Source: an uncultured Dehalococcoidales bacterium (GTDB lineage Bacteria > Chloroflexota > Dehalococcoidia > Dehalococcoidales > Fen-1064). Taken from it: 57,752 nucleotides of DNA. The DNA is taken from contig CAZBPZ010000001.1 of assembly GCA_964493955.1 (NCBI GenBank), forward strand, positions 1 to 57,752. Reading direction: 5' to 3'. Below, piece by piece: positions 7,781 to 15,827 of the stretch; position 1 is the stretch's first letter, and the number at the start of each line of letters is the position of its first letter. A program made the position numbers and the translations under genes. The notes beneath the pieces are model-generated. The model did no database searches and was not told where the DNA came from. It saw only the letters and a program-made list of their open reading frames with translations.

Positions 7781-9040
7781 CTAAAAATCAATATCCCGGC
7801 CGTCAAAGGCGTACTCGAAGATACGACGGCACTCCTCGCGGCTTACCCACCGCGGGCTGGCAAACGTGTCCGGGTCCTCGTAGGCATCGTTGACAAGCCG
7901 CTCCATGTTTTCGTCAAGCTGCTGGCGGGTGATGCCGAGGCCCTCGAGCGTCGGGGCCACGTCAAGGCTGGCGAGCAGCTTCTTTACGGCGCCGGTCAGG
8001 CCGGCCAGCTTCGCTTCAGGGGTGTCCCCGGGGATATCCAGGGCGCGGCACACCTGAAGGTACCTGTCTGTTACCGGCGCACAGAACTGCAGCGTGGGCA
8101 CGATGAACACCCCCACGGCAATACCGTGGTGAATATCAAATACCTTGCCCAGGGCGTGGCCCTGGCTGTGTGTCAGGTGACAGGCACCATTGCCAAAGGC
8201 CATGCCGGCCATGGTGGAGGCCAGGTGCATCTTGAACCGCGCCTCGCGGTCGCGCGGGTTGCGATAGGCCCGCGGCAGGTACTTGAAGATCAGCTCAATG
8301 GCCTTGACGGCCAGGGCGTCGGTGATGTCGTTGGAGACGGCCGAGATAGCACAGTCCATGGCATGCGCCAGGGCGTCCAGGCCGGTCCCCGCCGTCAGCC
8401 GGGGCGGCATCCCGGCGGTAAAGGCGGGGTCGATGACGGCGAAATCGGGCACCAGCTCCCGCGAGGAGATGGGCACCTTGCGGTGCGCCTCGGTATCGGC
8501 CAGGACGGCCGCCATGGTTGTCTCCGAGCCGGTACCGCTGGTGGTAGGCACGGCCACCAGCTGGGCCTTCTGGCGCAGGCCCAGTGGGGTTACCGGCGAA
8601 AGGGTACGCAGGTCGGTGATGTCCGGTCTCTCATAGAGTATCCAGGCCGCCTTGGCAAGGTCCATGACAGAGCCGCCCCCCACCGGCACGATGACATCCG
8701 GCTCAAAGGCTTTCATGGCCTCAGCGCAGGCGCGAACATTCTCAACCGGCACCTCTGGCTCTGAGTGTGCCCACACCTCGGTGGTAAAGCCCCCGTTCTG
8801 GAAGGCGGTGGCCACCCGGCTGGCCAGGTTGGTGATGTGGGGGTCAGTGATGATGAAAGCCCGTTTTCTCTGGCAGTACATTGCCACGTGGCGTACCACT
8901 CCCCCGCCCCTCTCCGGGATGGCGTTCGTGCCGATGAACATCTTCGGTGTGAAGAAGGTGCTGGAGAGGCTCCGGGCCGTGGCAGAACTGCCCAGAGGGG
9001 CAAGCTCCCTCAGTCCCGGTGCATTAAACCAGTAGCTCAT
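7781..9040 (-). CDS. iron-containing alcohol dehydrogenase
   Basis: Fe-ADH family pattern (GGGSVMDLAKA, histidine-rich metal site HAMDC...HLTH). GGAGGTG SD 4 nt before ATG 9040. Confidence 0.85.
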   Translation of the reverse strand: MSYWFNAPGLRELAPLGSSATARSLSSTFFTPKMFIGTNAIPERGGGVVRHVAMYCQRKRAFIITDPHITNLASRVATAFQNGGFTTEVWAHSEPEVPVENVRACAEAMKAFEPDVIVPVGGGSVMDLAKAAWILYERPDITDLRTLSPVTPLGLRQKAQLVAVPTTSGTGSETTMAAVLADTEAHRKVPISSRELVPDFAVIDPAFTAGMPPRLTAGTGLDALAHAMDCAISAVSNDITDALAVKAIELIFKYLPRAYRNPRDREARFKMHLASTMAGMAFGNGACHLTHSQGHALGKVFDIHHGIAVGVFIVPTLQFCAPVTDRYLQVCRALDIPGDTPEAKLAGLTGAVKKLLASLDVAPTLEGLGITRQQLDENMERLVNDAYEDPDTFASPRWVSREECRRIFEYAFDGRDIDF

Positions 9041-9124
9041 CTTTCACCTCCTGGCTCCAGGGCAGGAGCACCAGATTCCGCCGCCCGCGGTAAGCGTTGT
9101 CGCGCCAGCGTAGCGACGCTTGCA

Positions 9125-9153
9125 ATTATAACAAAGCCCCCCCGGCTTGTCAC
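9125..9153 (-). promoter_or_regulatory. promoter of the Fe-ADH/AOR/dapF/dapL/hflX operon (GTGACA-N17-TGtTATAAT)
   Basis: Reverse complement of 9148-9153 is GTGACA and of 9125-9130 is TATAAT, with an extended TG. An imperfect inverted repeat AAGCGTTGTCGC...GCGACGCTT (9092-9120) lies in the predicted 5' UTR. Confidence 0.5.
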
Positions 9154-9160
9154 CGGCGGT

Positions 9161-9190
9161 TTGTGCCGGCACCGGTGGCCGGGGTATAGT
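9161..9190 (+). promoter_or_regulatory. promoter of MFS gene (TTGTGC-N18-TATAGT); near-leaderless
   Basis: The -10 ends 8 nt before GTG 9199 and no SD is present. Confidence 0.4.
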
Positions 9191-9198
9191 ATGTAGGT

Positions 9199-10563
9199 GT
9201 GAACGACCCAGCCGAACGCCCTCCACCGAGACCATCCCGGGCTACCGCTCCGGACACCGGGGGCCACCGTGGGATTACCTTCTTCGGGCGAAGACTGCAC
9301 GCCCCCTTTTACGGCTGGTGGATTGTCTTCGGCTCTTTTTTCATCGCCCTCTACTCGGGGGGAGCCATCTTCTACGGCTTTACCGCTATCATTGAGCCGC
9401 TGGCGGCCGACCTCGGCTGGAGCTACACCCAGATTTCACTGGCCGCCTCGCTGCGCGGCCTGGAGATGGGCCTTCTCTCCCCGGTGGTTGGCCTGCTCAC
9501 CGACCGCTTCGGGCCACGCCGCCTAATTCTGGGTGGTAGCATCATGAGCTTCCTGGGCCTGCTGCTACTGAGCCGGACCACATCCCTGGCAACGTTCTAC
9601 GGCGCTTTTGTGCTGCTGGCCCTGGGTACCAGCGCCAGCACAATGACGGTGCTGATGACGTCTGTCTCAAACTGGTTCCGGCGGCGTGTTGGCCTTGCCA
9701 CCGGAATTGCCATCTGCGGCTTCGGTTTCGGCGGGCTGATGGTGCCGGTCATCGTTGGCCTGATAGACTGGCTCGAGTGGCGTAACGCCCTGCTGGTGCT
9801 GGCCTTCGGGATGCTGGCAATACCGCTGCCACTTTCCCTGCTCTTTCGCCACCGGCCGGAGCAGTACGGGATGTACCCGGACGGTGAGCCGCCACCCGTC
9901 GGCACCCCGGCCGGTTCTGTGTTACCCCGGGCTGAGGATGAGGGCCCATCACCCCGGCTGCGCGAGGTGCTGCGCAGCCCCCTTTTCTGGGTGGTGGCGC
10001 TGGCTTTTACCTGTCATGTCCTGCTGGTCTCGGGGGTTGTTACCCACATCATGCCTTACTTGAGCAGTGTCGGCATCAGGCGCGCCACCGCCAGTATCAT
10101 TGCCCCGGCCCTGCCGCTGACGAGCATCGTCGGGCGGCTGGGCTTCGGCTGGCTGGCAGACCGCTTCACCCGGCAGCGCGTGGCCGCCTTCGGGTTCGGG
10201 TTGATGTCGCTGGGAATGCTGAGCTTTGTCTTCGCCGGCTCTGGCCCGGGGGCGATTGTCCCTTTCCTGCTGCTGTTCGGCATCGGTTACGGGGGTGTCA
10301 ACGTGATGCGAGCGGCCCTGGTGCAGGAGTACTTCGGGCGCCAGATTTTCGGGGCGGTCTTCGGCATGATAGTGGGTGTGAGCATGGTGGGGAGCCTGAG
10401 CGGCCCGGCCCTGGCCGGCTGGGCGTTTGACACCTGGAACAGCTACCGCGGGCTATGGTCAGCCCTGGCTGTTGTGCCGCTGGGAGCGGCCGCGGCCATT
10501 GCCTTCTCGGCACGTGCCCGCCGCCCCGGTACCAGCCGCCGCCCCCCGGCAACAACCCTTTGA
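9199..10563 (+). CDS. MFS transporter
   Basis: About 12 predicted TM segments. Typical MFS loop GLLTDRFGPRRLIL between TM2 and TM3. Confidence 0.8.
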   Translation: MNDPAERPPPRPSRATAPDTGGHRGITFFGRRLHAPFYGWWIVFGSFFIALYSGGAIFYGFTAIIEPLAADLGWSYTQISLAASLRGLEMGLLSPVVGLLTDRFGPRRLILGGSIMSFLGLLLLSRTTSLATFYGAFVLLALGTSASTMTVLMTSVSNWFRRRVGLATGIAICGFGFGGLMVPVIVGLIDWLEWRNALLVLAFGMLAIPLPLSLLFRHRPEQYGMYPDGEPPPVGTPAGSVLPRAEDEGPSPRLREVLRSPLFWVVALAFTCHVLLVSGVVTHIMPYLSSVGIRRATASIIAPALPLTSIVGRLGFGWLADRFTRQRVAAFGFGLMSLGMLSFVFAGSGPGAIVPFLLLFGIGYGGVNVMRAALVQEYFGRQIFGAVFGMIVGVSMVGSLSGPALAGWAFDTWNSYRGLWSALAVVPLGAAAAIAFSARARRPGTSRRPPATTL

Positions 10564-10587
10564 GCTCTTGTGCCCCCGGCGTGGCAA

Positions 10588-11445
10588 CTACCGGATGATG
10601 ACCTGCAGAGGCCGGTCGAAGCTGACCTCGCCCGTTTCGTCACCGTGGCTTACGGTAACGGGGCCGGGCAGCACCGAATACTCCCCGGCTGGTACTGGCT
10701 CCCCGGCATCATCGCGCTGGTCCCAGGTGACCGCGAAAACAGTGGTGCCGAAGGGGCCTATCTCCGTGCTCCCGGTGCCGGCAGGGATGGTACGCACCGG
10801 GAGCGAAGTACCGGCCGGTACTATGACCAGGCGGGGCGGGAACGGCTCAACCGTGGCTGTCTGGCCGCTGGTGTTACGCAGGCTGAACTGCAGAGTAATC
10901 TCTGCCCCGGTGGAGGCCGTCAGCGGCCCGGGCGGGACATCAAGCACCAGCGGCGGCTCGGCCACCAGGCTGGCCATTGCAGGTGCCGGTGCCTCCCGGG
11001 CGGTCATCTCGGGAGCGACGGCTTCTTCGGTGGTGGCCTTCCGGGTTACCAGCGAAGGGGCTTCGCCGGCGGGGGCGGGGCCGAAGACACCGGTGCCCCA
11101 GATGACGCCGACCGCCACCAGGACAACGGTGATGGTTACCATGGCGGTGCGCATCGCGGTGGTCCGGGGAACGAGGCGCTCCAGTAACTCCCGGAGCCTG
11201 CCGCGCCCGGCTGCCGCCTGGTATGCCCGCTCCTCGTGCTCGGCCAGCCGGGCCATTAACCGCGCCCACAGGCGGTCCCGGAACTCGGGGGAAGGGCCGC
11301 CTCTCCGGTCAACCAGCCGGCTGGCAAACTCCAGGGTAGCACGGTACTCCTGGCTGGCCTCCTGCCCCGGGTGCACCTCCTCGCCGGCCAGCAGGCGGTC
11401 GATGTCGCGCAGGAAGTCCTGCTCGTCCTGCCCTCGCCTACGCAT
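10588..11445 (-). CDS. putative anti-sigma factor / single-pass membrane protein with Ig-like C-terminal domain
   Basis: ATG 11445 overlaps the sigma gene stop by 8 nt. One TM (AMVTITVVLVAVGVIWGTGVF). No Zn-finger (ZAS) motif. The function is positional inference. Confidence 0.45.
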   Translation of the reverse strand: MRRRGQDEQDFLRDIDRLLAGEEVHPGQEASQEYRATLEFASRLVDRRGGPSPEFRDRLWARLMARLAEHEERAYQAAAGRGRLRELLERLVPRTTAMRTAMVTITVVLVAVGVIWGTGVFGPAPAGEAPSLVTRKATTEEAVAPEMTAREAPAPAMASLVAEPPLVLDVPPGPLTASTGAEITLQFSLRNTSGQTATVEPFPPRLVIVPAGTSLPVRTIPAGTGSTEIGPFGTTVFAVTWDQRDDAGEPVPAGEYSVLPGPVTVSHGDETGEVSFDRPLQVIIR

Positions 11446-11974
11446 TCTCCATCTCCTGAAAGATGTCCCGGAGCTTTCGTACGGTGCGGTAGAGCCGGGT
11501 GCCGACGTTCGACTCCGAAATACCCAGCGCCCTGGCGATTTCCCGGTTGTTGAGCCCCGAGGCAAACTTCAGTGATATTATGTCCTGCTCCTGCGGCGCC
11601 AGCCGGGCCAGGGCCTGCTGGAGCCGGGCCTGCTCTTCCTTCTTCTCCGCCAGCTCGGCGGGCGAGCCTTCACCGGAGGCAATGTCAATCTGGCTGGCCT
11701 CCAGGGAAAGCTGGGGGCGCCGCCCCCGGGCACGGAAATGGTCAATGACGACGTTCCGGGCAATGGCGAAGAGCCAGGTCGAGAAAGATGCCCGGTCGCT
11801 GGAGTAGCGTTCAAAGCTCACCAGGGCCTTCTCAAACACCACCGAAGTTAAGTCCTCACTCACCTGCTGGCTGTTGACCCGGTAGCGGATGTAGCGGAAT
11901 ACCCGGGGCAGGAACTCGTTATAGAGCTCGGCGAATGCCTCCCGCTTGTCTGGATTCCCGTCGGTGGTGCCCAC
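11438..11974 (-). CDS. ECF-type RNA polymerase sigma-70 factor
   Basis: Regions 2 and 4 recognisable (FAELYNEFLPRVFRYIRYRV..., DIISLKFASGLNNREIARALGISESNVGTRLYRTVRKL). Confidence 0.85.
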   Translation of the reverse strand: MGTTDGNPDKREAFAELYNEFLPRVFRYIRYRVNSQQVSEDLTSVVFEKALVSFERYSSDRASFSTWLFAIARNVVIDHFRARGRRPQLSLEASQIDIASGEGSPAELAEKKEEQARLQQALARLAPQEQDIISLKFASGLNNREIARALGISESNVGTRLYRTVRKLRDIFQEMENA

Positions 11975-12027
11975 GCTGGGTCAACCTCGGTCTGGCAGGA
12001 TACCCCGGAGCCCCTCCGTACCTCTTT

Positions 12028-12074
12028 TTTATACGCCGCTGGCCCCGGGCGGTCACAGGCCCGGGCCTGTGACC
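12028..12074 (-). promoter_or_regulatory. ECF sigma gene promoter (GTGACC-N17-TATAAA) embedded in a perfect 24-bp palindrome
   Basis: Palindrome GGTCACAGGCCCGGGCCTGTGACC at 12051-12074. Its left half is the -35 on the minus strand. The -10 is the reverse complement of 12028-12033. Confidence 0.45.
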
Positions 12075-12130
12075 GTGCCTCCATTATGGCAGCGGGGTGG
12101 GTCCCCCGCAAGGCCGGCAGCAATGGCCTG

Positions 12131-12139
12131 TGCTATAAT
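12131..12139 (+). promoter_or_regulatory. extended -10 promoter (TGcTATAAT) for the lipid kinase gene
   Basis: TGCTATAAT at 12131-12139. GGAGGA SD at 12173-12178 precedes TTG 12183. Confidence 0.45.
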
Positions 12140-12182
12140 ATAGGCACAGCTGCCACGGCTAGGCAGTTGCCATGGAGGACTC

Positions 12183-13091
12183 TTGCGCACAGCCAGACTC
12201 ATCGTCAACCCCGTGGCCGGTGCCGGCCGCACGCTCAAGCGGTGGCCCCAGATCCGGGACCACCTGAAGAGCCTGGGCCTGCGCTTTGACCACGACTTCA
12301 CCGAGGCCCCCCGGCATGCCATCGAGCTGGCCAGGGCCGCTGCCCGCAAGGGGTACGAGATGGTGGTATCTGTCGGTGGTGACGGTACCATCAACGAGGT
12401 GGTGAACGGCCTCTATGACAGTGGCACGCTGGGAGACGTATCGCTGGGGATTATCAGCACCGGCACCGGGAGCGACTACATCCGTACCGTGGGTCTGCCG
12501 GCCAGCTACCACGATGCCTGCCAGCGGTTGCCGGATGCCAGGCAGGTCAGGGTTGACCTGGGTGTGGTGGAGTACGGCGGCACCAGTACACCGGGCCGGC
12601 GCCTTTTCGTTAACTTTGCCGGGCTGGGGTTCGACGCCGAGGTGGTCCGTGCCACAACCCAGCGCTTCAAGCGCCTGGGAGGGTTCCCGGCGTACCTGCT
12701 TGGCCTGCTCACCACCTTCCTCTGCTACCGCAACCGCGAGCTCACCGTTACGGTTGATGACCGGTCCGTCACCCGCAAGGTCTGCACCATTGTCATGAGC
12801 AACGGTAAGTACGGCGGCGGCAGCATGTTCGTCGCCCCCGAGGCCGACCTGACCGACGGCCTGCTTGACGTTATGACAATCGGCGACATCGGCAAGCTGG
12901 ACCTCCTGTGGTCGCTGCCACGTATCTACCGGGGTACGCACCTCACTCACCCCAGGGTGAGCCTGCAGCGAAGCTCTCAGGTAGAGATTACCTCGGCCTC
13001 GCCCATGCCTATCCAGGCCGACGGTGAGCTTGTTGGTGAGACCCCGGCCCGTTTCCACGTCATGCCCCTGGCACTGACGCTGCTGGTCTAG
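12183..13091 (+). CDS. diacylglycerol kinase family lipid kinase (YegS/BmrU-like)
   Basis: ARLIVNPVAGAGR...VVSVGGDGTINEVVNGL signature of the DAGK catalytic domain. Confidence 0.85.
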   Translation: MRTARLIVNPVAGAGRTLKRWPQIRDHLKSLGLRFDHDFTEAPRHAIELARAAARKGYEMVVSVGGDGTINEVVNGLYDSGTLGDVSLGIISTGTGSDYIRTVGLPASYHDACQRLPDARQVRVDLGVVEYGGTSTPGRRLFVNFAGLGFDAEVVRATTQRFKRLGGFPAYLLGLLTTFLCYRNRELTVTVDDRSVTRKVCTIVMSNGKYGGGSMFVAPEADLTDGLLDVMTIGDIGKLDLLWSLPRIYRGTHLTHPRVSLQRSSQVEITSASPMPIQADGELVGETPARFHVMPLALTLLV

Positions 13092-13241
13092 GCCCCGTCC
13101 GACCGCTGCCCGCGTCTCCAGTGTGTTCTTGACCCTCACAGGGGAGGGCAATGCAATGCAGTCCAGCGGCCGGCATCTTTTTTTGACCACCATCCAAGCG
13201 GCCATTACAATGGCCCTCAAGAGGGAGGCCTGCAGTCGCGC

Positions 13242-13808
13242 ATGATTGCCGACCCGCTGACGCTGTACCAGTACTGCCCCACCAGTGAAGGGGCCTCGGC
13301 GGCGGCGGTCTGCGCCCGCGAAGTGGCCGACCGGTATGTCAAGGACCCCGCCCGCCTGGTAACGATTACCGGCGCCACCCTGAGGACGGGTAAGTACGGC
13401 GGGGGCAATGAGGGCGACACGATTGCGCTGGCCGGGCGCGATGCCTACGAGATGGCCGGTATCCGGCCGCAGGACGTGGACGTGGTCCAGGTACACGATA
13501 CCGGCACCAGCGGCGAGCTGACGGCCATTGAGTCGCTGGGGCTGGTAGCGAAGGGCGAGGCCTGGAAGCTGGGGCTGGCCGGTGAGACCGAGGCTACCGG
13601 CCGGCTGCCGGTCAATACCGACGGCGGCCTCCGGGGAATGGGGCACCCCTTCGGGGCGACCGGCATCCGCATGGTGCACGAGCTGGTCACCCAGCTCCGG
13701 GGTGAAGCCGGAGACCACCAGGTCAGGAAGGCCACCACTGGCCTGGCCCAGTGCACCGGTGCCGGTAACATTGCCACCGTCTTCATCCTGAAGAAAGCAG
13801 CCGCCTAG
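13242..13808 (+). pseudogene. thiolase (SCP-x/DitF-like) C-terminal half only; N-terminal catalytic-Cys half missing
   Basis: MIADPLTLYQYCPTSEGASAAAV...GHPFGATG...AQCTGAGN are motifs of the C-terminal half of a thiolase. Full-length enzymes are about twice this size. Only 150 nt of non-coding DNA lies upstream. Confidence 0.6.
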
Positions 13809-15229
13809 GCCTCCCGCGCCAGCGGTGGGCGGCGCTCCCGCCACGGTGCCGCCCGCTCGAAGGCAGCCGCGGCGCGCAGCACGGTGCCGTCCTCGAAGCG
13901 GCGCCCCACGAGCTGCAGGCCCACCGGTAGCCCGCTCTCCGTCAGCCCGCAGGGTACGGATGCTGCCGGTTGTCCCGTGATGTTGAAAGGATAGGTGAAG
14001 GGCATCCATCCCAGGGGTGATACGGCCCGGCCGGCAATCTCCCGCGGGCCAAAGCTCCCGACCTCGAAGGGCGGTACCGCCAGCACCGGTGTCAGCAGCA
14101 GGTCGTACCTCTCGAAGAAGGCCTGCATGCGATTGCGGAAGGCCAGGTTCTGCATACGCGCTCTCAGGTAGTCAGTAGCCCTTATGTCAAGGCTGCGCTC
14201 CACGAAACGTACCAGCGCCGGCTCCATTTTGTCCCTCCAGCGCTCGAGCTCATCCCCCAGCTCGGCCGCCAGGCTGGCGGCCACCACCACGCCGAAGCTT
14301 GCCTCCGGGCTGCCGGCATCCGGTGTCGCCTCTACCAGCTCGCACCCCAGCCCGGCGAACACCCTGGCCGCCCGCTCCGTGAGACGCCGCACCTCCGGTT
14401 CGACCACGGCGTAGCCGAGGTCGGGGCTCCAGGCCACCCGCAGCCCCTTCAGGCCACCGTCCAGCTCCGAAAGATAGGCAGGAGCGGCCTCCGGCAGCGA
14501 GTAGTAGTCACGGTCGTCACGGCCGGCGATTACCTCCATCATCAGGGCGGCGTCCGCTACCGTCCACGTCATCGGCCCCTCCACCGAGAGCCCCTCCCAG
14601 AGCCCGGGGAAACCGGGGCCGGTCGGCACCCGTCCAAAGGACGGTTTCAGCCCGAAGATGCCGCAGAAGCTGCTGGGGATGCGGATTGAGCCACCACCAT
14701 CGCTACCGATTGCCAGCGGCCCCATCCCCAGGGCCACGGCCGCCCCGGCCCCGCCGCTGGAGCCACCGGTGGTGCGCCCCGGGTCCCAGGGGTTACGCGA
14801 CGGGCCAAAGAGCGGGTTGTCGGTAATGGCGGCCCAGCCGGACTCGGGCGTATTCGTCTTGCCGATGATGATGGCCCCGGCCGCCTTGAGCCTCTCCACG
14901 CAGATGTCGTCCTGCTCCGGGACAAAGTGCTCGTACCGCCGGGAGCCACCGGTGGTGCGGATGCCCCGGGTGAAGACCAGGTCCTTGATGGAGACGGGCA
15001 CGCCGTGGAGCTTGCCGGGCGGCTCCCCGGCCATCAGCCTGGCTTCGGCCTCCCTGGCGGCGGCGCGGGCCTGCTCGGCCGCCACCGTGCAGAAGGCGTT
15101 CACCCTGGGGTTGAGGCGCTCAATCCGTGCCAGCACGGCCTCAACTGCCTCCACCGGTGAAATCTCCTTCGAGGCAATCCTGTCCCGCAGCTCCAGCGCC
15201 GGCATCAGGCACAGCTCGTCCTGATTCAT
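13805..15229 (-). CDS. amidase (amidase-signature family, GatA-like), paralog 1
   Basis: GGSSGGAGAAVA signature. Start at ATG 15229 (MNQDELCLMPALELRDRIASKEISPVEAVEA). The 75-codon upstream extension in the ORF track is unsupported. Confidence 0.85.
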   Translation of the reverse strand: MNQDELCLMPALELRDRIASKEISPVEAVEAVLARIERLNPRVNAFCTVAAEQARAAAREAEARLMAGEPPGKLHGVPVSIKDLVFTRGIRTTGGSRRYEHFVPEQDDICVERLKAAGAIIIGKTNTPESGWAAITDNPLFGPSRNPWDPGRTTGGSSGGAGAAVALGMGPLAIGSDGGGSIRIPSSFCGIFGLKPSFGRVPTGPGFPGLWEGLSVEGPMTWTVADAALMMEVIAGRDDRDYYSLPEAAPAYLSELDGGLKGLRVAWSPDLGYAVVEPEVRRLTERAARVFAGLGCELVEATPDAGSPEASFGVVVAASLAAELGDELERWRDKMEPALVRFVERSLDIRATDYLRARMQNLAFRNRMQAFFERYDLLLTPVLAVPPFEVGSFGPREIAGRAVSPLGWMPFTYPFNITGQPAASVPCGLTESGLPVGLQLVGRRFEDGTVLRAAAAFERAAPWRERRPPLAREA

Positions 15230-15373
15230 TGTTCCTGTCTCCCTTCTTAGTGGCTGCTCTGGCTGGATTATAGACCGGGGGCCACCGGGCAGCCAAGCTG
15301 TCCTGCCGGGGACAGGTGGGTTACAATAGAGAAGAGAGTCGTACACCAGCAGCAAACAGCCAGGAGGAAGCCA

Positions 15374-15781
15374 GTGTTCAAGCAGGTACACGTTTTCCGG
15401 GTAAAGCCAGGGGCAGAGCTTACCGCCGGGATAGCCGACTACTGCCGGCGCCACGGCATCACCTCGGGGGTGGTGCTGGGTATCATCGGCTCGCTCAAAT
15501 CGGCGCGGCTGAACTACCTCGTCGAGCTACCGGGTAAGTACGTCCCGCAGGACTATGCCGGGCCGCTGGAGATTGTAGCCGCCCAGGGGTCGATTGCCCG
15601 CAAGGACGGCGAGACCCTGTTACACGTCCACATCCAGCTTTCCTCGCGGGCGGGGTGCTTCGGCGGGCACCTCGCCGCCGGCGAGGTCTTCTCCACCGCC
15701 GAGGTTGCCATCGGGGAGCTGGCGCAGCAGCTTACCCGGTACACGGATGACTACACCGGGCTGAACGAGCTGGCGGAGTGA
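15374..15781 (+). CDS. PPC (DUF296) domain protein
   Basis: 135 aa. Pattern GIIGSLKSARL...GPLEIVAAQGSIA...LHVHIQLS is typical of PCC/DUF296. AGGAGGAAGCCA precedes GTG 15374. Confidence 0.65.
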   Translation: MFKQVHVFRVKPGAELTAGIADYCRRHGITSGVVLGIIGSLKSARLNYLVELPGKYVPQDYAGPLEIVAAQGSIARKDGETLLHVHIQLSSRAGCFGGHLAAGEVFSTAEVAIGELAQQLTRYTDDYTGLNELAE

Positions 15782-15827
15782 GCGGCAATTTGTGGGCTGC
15801 CTCAGGCCCTGCTACACTTGTGGCAGC

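Noticed and set aside
12159-14009. 616-aa ORF on the minus strand
   Set aside because: It runs antisense to the lipid kinase gene, the thiolase remnant and the amidase 3' end, all of which have clear family motifs. Its translation is Gly/Arg/Ala/Pro-rich with no recognisable domain. This is a typical shadow ORF of high-GC DNA.
15230-15454. 75-codon N-terminal extension of the amidase 1 ORF
   Set aside because: The amidase family N-terminus starts at MNQDEL (ATG 15229). The extension overlaps the divergent PPC gene start and its promoter region.
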